From assembly GCA_002104905.1 (NCBI GenBank), contig MCFE01000329.1:29995-93994 (forward strand): a stretch of DNA of 64,000 bases, in the 5' to 3' direction. Below, piece after piece: positions 1 through 11,731 of this stretch (position 1 is its first letter; every line of letters begins with the position of its first letter). The DNA is from Basidiobolus meristosporus CBS 931.73. Taxonomy: Eukaryota > Fungi > Basidiobolomycota. Below the pieces are notes generated by a model, which worked only from the letters and a program-made list of their open reading frames with translations, was not told where the DNA came from and ran no database searches. The position numbers and the translations under genes were made by a program.

Positions 1-385
1 TGATGTAATACCTCATGAGCTGTTGTTCGGCAATTTTGTCCTTCGGGAGACATTGAACTTGTTGGAGAAACAGTTCAGTGTAGGCTTCATAGCTTTCACT
101 GCTTTTCTTCCGCGAGGACAGTAGAAGGGCTTCGTAGTGGTATCCTTTGGCATATAGAAAGCGTGTCTTGTAGGCTTCTTCTAGTGCATCCCAGTTGTCT
201 TTGACTGCGTCTTCCAACCCATAATGCCATTGCCATGCTGACCCTTCCATATGTCTTGCAAACTCTCTTACTTTCTTATCGTTGTCCCATCCTGCATCAA
301 CCGCAACTCTCTCAAACTTATCAAACCACTCAAGGGCTTTCTCTCTCTTTCCCTTGTATGTCTTTAGTTTGATTGTAGTAGTCAT
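1..385 (-). mobile_element. Ty3/gypsy-type retrotransposon gag (Retrotrans_gag-like); ORF runs off the window start
   Basis: Manual minus-strand translation from ATG at 385: MTTTIKLKTYKGKREKALEWFDKFERVAVDAGWDNDKKVREFARHMEGSAWQWHYGLEDAVKDNWDALEEAYKTRF. This fits the gag W..F/W..L...F..RF pattern. It is missing from the ORF track because the stop lies outside the window. Confidence 0.75.
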
Positions 386-1311
386 TACCTCACTTGTGCT
401 TATTTCCGCAGAGACGGCACCAAATATGTGGGTTATTAGTGACTGTACTTGGTGAGTGGGAGAGCTTGTAGGTCAAGTCAGTACCACTTGGTTCAGAATA
501 GCTTCTGATAGAAGGTAGCAAGGTAATAAAGACTTCTGTTTATTTCGTCCAAATCTCGTTGTACTTCCTGGTTCAATTGGGTAGATATATATATCACTTG
601 GGGGGCTTAGACAATAGACAATGTGTTATAAAATAGGGGTGTGAACACCTTCCTGTTATGGTAAGTGTTCTAACTAGATAAGGGCAGGGATAGCAGTGGA
701 GGACACGTGGGGGAATCATAGGGAGGGTACTGGAGGACTTCGGGTAGGACTCTGGAGGGAACTCTTGGGAGAACTCTTGGGTGAAGAGTGGGTACTACAT
801 TGAGTACTCACACTGTGAAGCCTGCATATATAGGAAATTGCCAGACAACTGCTCAAGAATCCTGGGTTAATCATAAGTAGGAAGAAATTAGATCTAGTTT
901 ACTTGGATCTGTGTGAACAAATGCAAAATTATTTATGAAGTAGAAAGAAGCATTTGATCACTTTTATTGATGGTTATACAACATACACAGGGGTCTACCT
1001 CATGGCAAGAAGGGAAGAAGCTTTGTCTAAGCTTGGGGAGTCAAAAGCCATGGTGGAGAGAGAAACTGGTGAGAAAATCAAGAAAATTTGCTCTGACAAT
1101 GGTGAGGAATATACCTCAAAGCTCTTCATTCATTTCTGTAAGATTCATGGGATAGTGCAAGACACCACTGTCCCATACTCTCCACAGCAATGTGGAGTGG
1201 TGGAACATGCAAACAGATCAATAATCAATGTGGCAAGATCCATGTTCTGTGACCTTTAATGAATATATGATTTTGGATGGAATCAGTAGCTACAGCTGTG
1301 TATCTCAGAAA

Positions 1312-3019
1312 TATTGTAAGAGTCTTGGAGATATTGGAAGTGATTGGGAGAACAACTAGATTATGATGTTTTCACTCAATGATTTATTGAATGTAAAAGT
1401 AGTATTTACACTTTTACATGGTCTTGGCATTACAGGCACATGGAATAGGTCTAGGAAGGTGCCAAGAATATGTGTGCAAAGCTTGGGGCTGCTTCAACAA
1501 CTTATCTAATTTTCATGTTTGGTTACCTGATATTTCAGTGAAAATATTCCAAGTAAATTTCAACAAGGATGTTGGTCAGTATTCTCTGGGATTTGAAGGT
1601 AACAATCTAAGTGACTAAGTTAGGTGAGTATTTAGGTGTAATTAAGAATTTTTACAACCCTCCCACTCAACAAAATGTTCATACTAACTAGTCCTAATTT
1701 TGACCCAAGATATTCATGCTTGTCTCTAGCTAATGGGTTGGTAAATATGTCTGCAATCATTTCATCTGTAGGACAGTAGGCTAAGTTAACTAAGCTATTC
1801 TCTATTGCTTCACATATAAAATGATGTCTAATATCTGTGTGCTTAGTTCTAGCATGAAAAGTTGGATTTCTACCTAATTGTAGGTATCTTTGATTATCTT
1901 GAAATAAAGTAATATGCATTTTTGGATGTAAGCCTAAGTCTTTAAAAAGCTTCCTTAGCCACATTGCTTCTTTTGTAGCTTCACAGGCTGCCATATACTC
2001 TGCCTCTATGGTAGCAAGTGCTACAATTGGTTGCTTTGTTGAATTTTGTGAAATTGCTCCTTTACAGTAAACAAAGGTGCATCCTGTTGTGGACCATCTG
2101 TCTTTGCAACTTCATCTCCAATCAATATCACAGTATCCCGCAAGATCCTGCTCAACTTTTTATATACATATCCTAAAAGCCTCTTTCTTGTAGCCACATT
2201 TTCATCCTCTCCTTCCACACTCAATAGTCAGATCCATTCAGCTTTTCCAATGGAGGGAAAAATTCCAGTAGCTGCAGTAGTAGACATCACAGAGAGCAAC
2301 AGCTTGGGTCTCATAACCTGTTGTAAGAGTCTTGGAGATATTGGAAGTGATTTGGAGATCAAGTGGACAATATGGCACTTATTTAATGATTTATTGAATG
2401 TAAAAATGGTATTATTACTTTTTCCTGGTCTTGGCATAACTGTTGTAAAAATTTGTAATTCCACCTAAATATTCACCAAATTTAGTCACTTAGATCATTA
2501 CCCCCAAATCCTAGAGAATACTGACCAAATTCCTTGTTGGGATTTACTTAGAATATTTTCACCAAAATACCAGGTACCCAGAACATGAAAATTCACAAAG
2601 TTGTCCAAACAGCCCCAAACTTTGCACACATGTTCTTGGGACCTTCCTTAATCTATTCTACATGCTTGTAATGCCAAGACCAGGTAAAAGTATAAAAACT
2701 ACTTTTACATTCAATAAATCATCAAGTGAAAACCACATAACCTACTTGTTCTCACAATTACTTCCAATGTCTCCAAGACTCTTACAACAATAACAAGCAT
2801 GAAGAATAGATCTAGGAAGGTCTCAAACATATGTATGCAAGGTTTGGGGCAGTATGGACAACTCTGAGAATCATCATATTTTGGATACCTGATATTTGGA
2901 GAAAATATTCTTAGTAAATCCTAACAAGGATTTTAGTCAGTATTCTCTGAGACTTGAAGGTAATGATATAAGTGATTAAGTCAGGTGAATATTCAGGTGG
3001 AAATACAAATTTTACAACA
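1312..3019 (-). mobile_element. Internally deleted copia element with both LTRs (3' LTR 1312-1659; 5' LTR 2319-2440 plus 2795-3019)
   Basis: The PPT (GAGTGGGAG on minus) abuts the 3' LTR. RNase H C-terminus is in ORF 1632-1994 (MAACEATKEAMWLRKL...RTKHTDIRHHF). It jumps directly to the gag 5' end and a PBS GGTTATGAGACC at 2307-2318. The flanks AGAAA/AAAAA are a near-perfect 5-bp TSD. Confidence 0.75.
2441..2789 (+). mobile_element. Solo LTR of the copia family, inserted in opposite orientation inside another LTR
   Basis: Termini TGTTGTAA...TTACAACA. Perfect 5-bp TSD ATAAC at 2436-2440 and 2790-2794. Confidence 0.9.
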
Positions 3020-4079
3020 AAAAATAGGGGCTTTAGCAGAATACTTTGTGATCCTACTCCATTTGTGGTATGGTATAGATACAGATCAAGTGCAGAGCAT
3101 CTAAAAATACTTGGGAGAACAGCACATGCCAAGAAACTGTCCCAACATCAGTCAAAATATGAGCCAAAAAGTGCTAAATGCATATTTTTGGGCTACTGCA
3201 AGGAAAGTAAAGCATACAGACTCTGCAATACCAAAGCAAGGAAGCTGATCAAGTCCAGGGATATGCTATTTGAAGAAAATTCTAAACCTGTACAAAGAAT
3301 GATGTCAGATAATGACAAAAATATATACTCACATCCACTAATTGTTAGGAATGAGTCAGAGCAATGCAATGAAAAACCTTCTCACTCCAGTGGACTCAAA
3401 AGTTGCAGTTCAGCTTGGATCTGTGCCCAGGAATACCCCAGAAGTCATCATTGCTGTATTACAAGCCAGGAGATCCAACCATATCAGGAATAGCCCAAAT
3501 AACCATATCATTGAGGGTACAAACTTAGCCTATGCTGTTTCAGTTCATGTGGATGGGCCCCAGAATGTTAAAGAGGCCCTAATCAGCGCTCAGACAAAAT
3601 TCTGGAGATTTGCAATGACTGGGGAGTATCAGGCCCTGATTGAAGATCAAACTTGGGACTTGGTCAAATTACTAATCAAACAAAATGCAAATATAAGTTC
3701 TCATTCATCAAATGGATGTAAAAACTGCATCTTTGAATGGAGAGCTTGATCATGGCATATATTTGATCCCACCTGAATGGCTCACTGAGCAAGATAGCCC
3801 CATTTGGTCTACAAGCTTAGAAAATATCTATATGATCTCAAACAGTTGCCAAGAGCCTGGATTTGCAAGATTGATTCTTATTTTACATTTGTTGAGTTTT
3901 CAAGGAGTACTACTGACTATGGTACTCACTATAAGCTGGATAGAGCAAGTCCAGCTCTATTAGCTCTATATGCGGATTATCTTATTGTAGCCACAAGCAA
4001 CCAAGAAACCTGTAAAGGGACTAAATTCTGTTGCAATATACTGAGGAGTATTGGAAGTGATGTGGAGAACTAGAAGAAT

Positions 4080-5560
4080 TGTATGTGATTCACTTGTAGA
4101 TTTATTGATCAAAAGTATGGCATTGATACTTTTGATAAAGTAGAGCAAGCAAACATGTCAAGTGTGCTAAGGAAGGTCCCAAGAATATGTGTGCAAAGTT
4201 TGGGGGCTTTTGGACAACTTTGAGAAAGATCATAATCTGGATACCTGATAATTTGGTGAAAATATTCCAAGTAAATCTCAACAAGGATGTTAGTCAGTAT
4301 TCTCTGAGATTTGAAGGTAATAATATAAGTGACAAAGTTAGGTGACCATTTAGGTGGTACTACAAACTTTCACAACACTCCCACTCAGTTGAATGTTCAA
4401 ACTTACAAGTCCCAATTTTGACCCAGATATTCAGATTTGTATCTAGCTATTGGTTTGGTCAATGTGTCTGCAATCATTTCATCTGTAGGACAGTACGCTG
4501 AGTTAACCATGTTATTCTCTATAGATTCATGTATGAAATGTTACCTAATATCTATGTACTTAGTTCTAGCATAATTAGTTGGATTTCTGCCGTATTGTAT
4601 ATATCCTGCATTATTTTGAAATTAAGTAGTTGGCATTTTCTGATATCGGCCTAAATCTTTGAGTTGCTTTTGTAATCACATTGCTTTTTTTGTAGCTTTA
4701 AAGGCTGCCATATACTCTGCCTCTGTGGTGAAAAGTGCTGCGGTTGGTTGCTTTCTTGAATTCCATGAAATTGCTTCCTTACAGTAAAGAAAGGTGTATC
4801 CTGTGGTGGATCTTCTGTCTTCTAAATTCTGTCCCCAGTCAGCATCAGAGAATCCCACAAGATCATGCTCTGATCCTTATAGTAGTACCTTAAGGAGATA
4901 TGAGCAGCTCTGTTTAGGTATCTAAAAATCCACTTAACTGCTATAATATGATCAGATCCATAGTTCTGATTGTGCTGGCTGACAACTCCTACTGAATATG
5001 AGATATCTGGATATGATCCAAGCATGATATACACCAGACTGCCAACCATAGATTGATAAGGAAAGTCAGGGCCATCAGATGGCACTGAGCTCTCTTCACT
5101 TTGCTAAGTTTTGACCAAGTTAAGGTTGTCTCCATTGGGGTAGCTGCTGGTTTACAGACTTCCATGTGGTACTTCTTTAGTATATCTGAGTATACTTGAC
5201 CTGACTTAGGGTGATAGTATGAGTACTTCTGTCTATGGAGAACTTAATCCCTAATTAGCAACTAAGTTCTCCTAAATCAGACATCTTGAACTCCTTAGAT
5301 AGGCTGGATTTAGTGTCTTCCAATGTTTCTAGGTTATTGGCAGCTATAATAAGATCATCCACATATAGAGCTAATAGAGCTGGATTTGCTTTCTCTGGCT
5401 TACAGTATATACTATAGTCAGCATTACTTCTTTTGAAACTCAAAGATTCCAAATAAGAATCTATCTTGCAATTCCAGGCTCTAGGTGATTGTGTGAGACC
5501 ATATATTGACTTTTTAAGCTTGCAGACCAAATGGGGGTTATCTTGGTCTTTATCCTTAAG
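4080..5560 (-). mobile_element. Copia 3' fragment (diverged LTR ending 4377, PPT, RNase H, RT)
   Basis: LTR-like sequence ends in CACAACA followed by ctcccactc (PPT reverse complement). ORFs 4676-4858 (GFSDADWGQNLEDRRSTTGY), 4822-5085 and 5255-5530 (LALYVDDLII) are copia RT/RNase H. Confidence 0.8.
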
Positions 5561-5615
5561 TAGTAACTGAGTGCTTCTAAATTGGACACCTCAAACTCCT
5601 TGGGTAGGCTGTATT

Positions 5616-5749
5616 TGTTGTAATTATAAGTTGTCACCAAAATATTCATGCTAACTTAGTCACATAGATCTTATTGTTTGATTAGCATTGTGTCCTGACC
5701 AAATTTCATATAATTGCTAAATTACTTGTTGGGACTTACTTGGAATATT
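5616..5749 (+). mobile_element. Truncated, diverged LTR fragment of the same copia family
   Basis: Starts TGTTGTAA and shares ctaacttagtcac.tagatc and cttgttggga.ttact with the family LTR. It is cut off by the LTR starting at 5750. Confidence 0.55.
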
Positions 5750-6133
5750 TGTTGTAAGAGTCTTGGAGATATTGGAAGTGATTTGGAGAACAAGTAGATT
5801 ATGTGGTTTTCACTTAATGATTTATTGAATGTAAAAGTAATATTTGTACTTTTACCTGGTCTTGGCATTACAAACACATAGAATAGGTTGAGAAAGGTAC
5901 CAAGAACATGTGTGCAAAGTTTGGGGCTGTTTGGACAACTTTGAGAATTTTCATGTTCTGGGTACCTGGTATTTTAGTGAGAATATTCTGAGTAAATCCC
6001 AACAAGGAATTTTGGTCAGTATTCTCTAGGATTTGAAGGTGATGATCTAAGTGACTAAGTTAGGTGAATATTTAGGTGGAAATATGAACTTTTACAACAC
6101 TCCCACTCTGCTAAATGTTCATACTGACTAGTC

Positions 6134-9100
6134 CTAATTTTGACCTAAGATATTCAACTTGTCTCTGGCTAATGGTTTGGTAAATATGTCTGCAATCATT
6201 TCATCTGTAGGACAGTAAACTAAGCTGACTAAGTTATTCTCTATAGCTTCACATATGAAATGATGTCTAATAGACTTGTTCAGTTGGATAGTGCCACATT
6301 GAGCCATGAGTGCCAAGTGATGCCATAGTGTGCCAGAGAGGCCAATTGAGCCTCTACCTGGCCACAGAGTGTGAAACATAGCTCTGCATCTTCATGCAAA
6401 GCAGCCCCTGTGTTTCACCCAATGTGTCAGAGAAAATCCATTTTTTGACCTTTTTTTTTGGATCAATGTTGTGCAGGATGTGTTAGAGCACAAGCAGATT
6501 GAAGATATGCATCTGGTACTCAATACCCATGGCACTCTGAGTCTAGCTCCTGTAGCTTGTATCATGTCACAAAAATGAACGGCACTATCTTGGTCCACTG
6601 GTACTATCTGGCACTATATTTAAATATTAGCCCTAAAGTAAGATCTATACAAAGCACTTATAGTGCCAGATAGTACCAGTGAACCAAGATAGTGCCGTTC
6701 ATTTTTGTGACATGATACAAGCTACAGGAGCTAGACTCAGAGTGCCATGGGTATTGAGTACCAGATGCATATCTTCAGTTCTCCTGTGCTCTTACACATC
6801 CTGAGCTACTTTGATCCACAAAAAAAGGTCAAAAAATGGATTTTCTCCTGCGCAATGGGTGAAACACAGGGACTGCTTTACATGAAGATGCAGAGCTATG
6901 TTTCACACTTGGTGGCCAAGTATAGGCTCACGTGACCTCTCTGGCACACTATGGCATCATTTGGCACACATGGCTCAATGTGGCACTATCCAACGGAACA
7001 AGTCTAATATCTAAATCTGTAAAAAGCTTTCTTAACCACATTGCTTCTTTTGTAGCTTCACAGGCTGCCATATACTCTGCCTCTGTGGTGGAAAGTGCTA
7101 CAGTTGGTTGCTTTCTTGAATTCCATGAAATTGCTCCTTTACAGTAATGAAAGGTGTATCCTGTGGTGGATCTTCTGTCTTCTAAATTTTGTCCCCAATC
7201 AGCATCAGAGTATCCCACAAGATCCTGTTCTGAATCTTTATAAGTGTATCTTAAGCAGATATCAGCAGTTCCTTTTAGGTATCTAAAAATCCACTTAACT
7301 GCTGCAATATGATCAGATCCATAGTTCTGATTATGTTGGCTGACAACTCCCACTGAATATGAGATATCTGGACGCATTCAAGCATGATATACATCAGGCT
7401 GCTGACCATAGAGTGATAAGAAAAGTCAGGGCTTTCAGATGGCACCAAGCTCTCTTGATTTGATTGAGTTTTGACCAAGTTAAGGTTTGTCTCCATTGGG
7501 GTAGCTGCTGGTTTACAGTCTTCCATTTGGTACTTCTTTAGTATATCTTGAATATACTTGGATTGACTTAGGGTGATAGTCTGGGTACTTCTGTCTATGG
7601 AGAGCTTAATCCCTAAGTAGTAACTAAGTTCTCCTAGATCAGACATCTTGAACTCCTTAGATAGGCTGGATTTAGTCTCTTCCAATGTTTCTAGGTTATT
7701 AGCAGCTATAATAAGATCATCCACATATAGAGCTAATAGAGCTGGATTTGCTCTATCTGGCTTATAGTATATACTATAGTCAGCATTTCTTCTTTTGAAG
7801 CTCAAAGATTCCAAATAAGAATCTATCTTGCAATTCCAAGCTCTAGGTGATTGTGTGAGACCATATAGTGACTTTTTAAGCTTGCAGACCAAATGGGGGT
7901 TATCTTGGTCAACAAACCCATCAGGCTGGTCCATATACACGTCCTCATCAAGTTCCCCATTCAAAAATGCAGTTTTTACATGCATTTGATGAATAAAAAA
8001 CTTATATTCAGCTGCAATAGCCAATATTAATCTGATGGAATTAAACTTGGCTACCAGTGCAAAGGTCTCAGTATAGTCAAGTCCTTTTGTTTGAGAGTAT
8101 CCTTTGGCTACAAGTCTTGCTTTGTATCTTTCAATTGTGCCATCAGCCTTGTATTTTATCATGAAGACCCATCTGCATCCAATTGGTTTTTGATCAATTG
8201 GTAATTTGACTAAGTCCCAAGTTTGATTTTCCATCAGGGCCTGATATTCCTCAGTCATTGCAGATCTCCAAAACTTTGTCTGAGGGCTATTTAGGGCCTC
8301 TTTTACAGTCTGGGGTTCATCAATATGGACTGAATAGGCATAGGCTAAGTTTGTACCCTCATTGATATAGTAATTTAGGCTATACCTTGTCCAATTGGAT
8401 CTCCAGGCATTTGATACTGGAATGATCACTTCTGGGATATTCCTGGGCCCTGATTCTGGCTGAATCACAGTTGTAGAGTCCTCTGGAGTGAAAAATTACT
8501 GTTGTTTTGCTCTGATTCAATCCTGACAATTGGTGGACTTGAGATCAAATTTTTGTCATCATCTGATGTCATTTTTTGTGAAAATTTTGAATTTTCATCA
8601 AACAACACATCCCTGGACTTGATCAGCTTCTTTGCTTTGGTATTGTAGAGTCTGTATGCCTTACTCTCATTGCAGTAGCCCAAAAATATGCATTTTACAC
8701 TTTTTGGCTCAAATTTTGACTGATTTCCAGCCAATTTTTTGGTATATGCTGTACACCCAAATATTCTTAGATGTTCTGCACCTGGTCTGTATCCGTACCA
8801 TACTTCAAATGGAGTAGAATCACAAAGTACTCTGCTTTAACTCCTATTTTTAAGGTATACAGCAGTGGCAACTGATTCCGCACAAAAATCATAGGATAAT
8901 TTTTGATCATGGATCATAGATCTTGCCATATCAATTATTGATCTGTTAGCACATTCTGCTACTCTATTTTGCTGTGGGGAGTATGGTACAGTAGTCTCTT
9001 GCTTTATCCCATGAATTTTGCAGAAGTGGATGAAGAGTTTTGAGGTATATTCTCCACCATTGTCAGATCGTATATTCTTGATTTTTTCACCAGTTTCTCC

Positions 9101-10690
9101 CTCCACCATGGCTTTAAACTCCCTGAACTTAGACAGAGCTTCTTCCTTTCTCTCCGTGAAGTAGACCCATGTGTATCTTGTATAATCATCAATGAAGGTG
9201 ATTAAATACTTCATCCTGCCCAAGGATAAATTTTGCATAGGTCCACACAGATCTGAGTGAATTAGATCTAATTTTTTCTTAGTTTTGATTAACCCAGAGC
9301 TCTTGAATGGTTGTCTGGCTTGTTTCCCATATATGCAGGCTTCACAATGCTCCAAATTAGCTGGGGGATCAATTTTCACTCCAGAAATTAGCTGATCTTT
9401 GATCATTTTACGCAAATGATCAAAATTGATGTATCCAAATCTCCTATGCCAAAGCACTGGTGTTTCTTCATTTAAGTTACTTATATTGGCTTCCAGATAT
9501 GATGGAATATAAGTCAACTTGTATAGATTCTGATCTCCAATGCCTGAAGCAATATGAGCACCATTTTGATCAGTGATCCTGCATCCAGAATTGTCAAAAC
9601 TGAAACTGAGTCCTTCTGCTGTGGCCTTGCTTACAGAGAGTAGGTTCTTGGCTATTTCTGGTATATAGAGTACTTCTTTAAAGGTCAGTATATGGCTTCC
9701 TTCACTGCTTCTAAGGTTTACTTGTATAGTTCCTTCTCCCACTGCATCAAGTGTTCTATTGTCACCCATGAAAACCTTCTTAATTGGAATTTCTTGATAT
9801 TGGGTAAAAAGTTCTTTTTGGTGTGTAAAGTGTTGAGATGCTCCAGAGTCAATATACCATGTCTAAGAATCCTGGTTTGTGGTCATATTTAGTGCAGATA
9901 TGAATAGTCTACCTTCAGTTGTTGCAGCATTTCCATATTCATGCTACTTTTGCTGATTATCTTTCTTTTTGAGACACCGGTCTGATGTGTGTCCTTTCCT
10001 TTTGCAGTAGTTGCAAAATAGGTTGCTGTTGCCTTTGTAGTGTCTTGGGTACCTCCTTTGTTGGTTATCATTGCTTATTAAAGCATTTTCTTCTTCCTTC
10101 TTATTGGCACTTGATTTTCTTAATTCTTCATCCAGGAGCCTTCCATATATGTAATATAAGGTCAAGTCTTCAGTTCTGGACTCTAGGGCTGATACAAGGC
10201 CCTGAAACTTGTCTGTCAAGCTATTCAGGATGGTAACTATCCCATCCTCATCAGTAGTTGGTATGCCCACAGATTCCATCTCATCTACCAGCAGGGTAAT
10301 TCTGTCAATTAGATTTTTCATTTCTTCTCCTGGCAGCATCTTTGTAGTAAAGAATTTTTGTCTCAGATACATGTTCTTAGCAGCTGAACATGACTGGTAG
10401 GTGTCTTCTAATGCCTTCCAGGGATTCTTTGCTGTTTTTGCTCTTGAGCATTGAATTAGCAATTTGTCTTTAACATTAAGGCAAATGCAGTTAAAGGCAC
10501 TTTGTTCTTTCTTCTGGTACTTCAAGGCTTCCTCTCCCATGTTTTTAGGAGGGCATTCTTCTCCCATAACAATATCCCAAAGGCCTCTTTCTTGTAGCAG
10601 CATCTTCATCTTCACCTTCCACACTTGGTAGTTAGAGCCATCCAACTTTTCAGCAGAGGGAAAAATTCCAGTAATAGCAGTAGTAGACAT
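6134..10690 (-). pseudogene. Copia gag-pol, disrupted by in-frame stops, frameshifts and a foldback insertion
   Basis: ORF pieces 9944-10849 (likely start MSTTAITG at 10690), 8837-9769, 8465-8734, 7275-8468, 6949-7377 and 6134-6379. Gag and protease are in one frame separated by TAG stops. Confidence 0.85.
6273..7004. mobile_element. Foldback/MITE-like palindromic element, two ~346-bp inverted arms and a 40-bp spacer
   Basis: 6273-6618 is the reverse complement of 6659-7004 (gacttgttcagttggatagtgccac... / ...gtggcactatccaacggaacaagtc). It is flanked by TAATA on both sides and interrupts the copia RNase H coding sequence. Confidence 0.85.
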
Positions 10691-11053
10691 TGCAGAGAGT
10701 GACAGCTTGGGGCTCATAGCCTGTTGTAAGAGTCTTGGAGATATTGGAAGTGATTTGGAGAACAAGTAGATTATGTGGTTTTCACTTAATGATTTATTGA
10801 ATGTAAAAGTAGTATTTATACTTTTACCTGGTCTTGGCATTACAAACACGTAGAATAGGTTAAGGAAGATCCCAAGAACATGTGTGCAAAGTTTGGGGCT
10901 GTTTGGACAACGTATCTAATTTTCATATTCAGGGTAAATATTCTAAGTAAATCCCAACAAGGAATTTGGTCAGCATTCTCTAGGATTTGAAGGTAAAGAT
11001 CTAAGTGACTAAGTTAGGTGAATGTTTAGGTGGAATTCCAAATTTTTACAACA

Positions 11054-11237
11054 ATCCTTTCCAGGGGGACTAGGCCAACTAGCATTCATGTGCAGTTTGG
11101 TAATCAGCTTCTGATTACTTCCACCAAAAATTGCAACTGAAAATTTGAAGCAGAAACACCTGCTGAATACCACCAGAATGCCAGCTAAGTACCAGCTAAA
11201 AACCCAATGAATTCCAACTTTGGGATATTTTGTAGGG
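11054..11237 (-). mobile_element. Truncated copy of the ~300-bp CCC...GGG MITE family
   Basis: Reverse-complement similarity to 56150-56469 and 60703-60988 (gactaggcc, aatcagct, gaataccacc/ag, gaattccaacttt). One terminus is ...ttttgtaggg; the other is cut by the copia LTR. Confidence 0.65.
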
Positions 11238-11731
11238 TAATGTGGATGGCTCCTGAGATTTCACTCAAGATATTGATCTTTAATTCAAATTAATTAGTGA
11301 AAGTCACACAGGAAGTAGTGCAAAGAATGTTGATTTTTACATGCATATGAGGAGTATTTGTACAAATTCAAACATAAATTTTGCTTATATGGTTTGGGTT
11401 GACATTCATGCATAACTTATTTTAATGCCCCCAAGTGCATACAATATCCTGGCCCTCTGCAAAATGGATATTGTATAATGACAATAGTACACACACAAAT
11501 TGAATGGAATACATAGATTCATGGTGTAAAGTCAGCATTAATGCCCAAATGAGCCGTAATTTGAACATTGGAGAAATTTATAGTCAGGTGGCATATGATA
11601 TTCACTTTATATAAATGAAGGCAAGTGAACAGGAGCAGCCATGGAAGTATAGCACAAAGCAATATATTACAGTTATCAAACACAGATTCATAAGCACAAC
11701 ACGTCAAATAACCCAGTCAAAAGCCACGTAA

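Larger units (their letters stand above)
840..4075 (+). mobile_element. Old Ty1/copia internal fragment (integrase and RT), split by a nested element at 1312-3019
   Basis: ORF 954-1259 has the rve core (SDNGEEY, TTVPYSPQQCGVVEHANR). ORF 2972-3493 has KCIFLGYCKESKAYRL. ORFs 3342-4073 carry RVT_2 motifs (MDVKTA.LNGEL, LALYADYLIV). The sequence resumes in register across the insertion: ...gtgtatctc-AGAAA / AAAAA-taggggc. Confidence 0.8.
5750..11053 (-). mobile_element. Near full-length Ty1/copia LTR retrotransposon (3' LTR 5750-6099; 5' LTR 10722-11053)
   Basis: LTRs have TGTTGTAA/TTACAACA ends. PBS GGCTATGAGCCC at 10710-10721 and PPT GAGTGGGAG next to the 3' LTR. Domain order is gag (KLDGSNYQVWK, zinc knuckle CNYCKRKGHTSDRC), protease (WYIDSGAS, ~9850), integrase (HRRFGYI, CEAC, SDNGGEY), RT (YKARLVAKGY, LYVDD), RNase H. 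No matching TSD (ATATT vs ATCCT). Confidence 0.92.
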
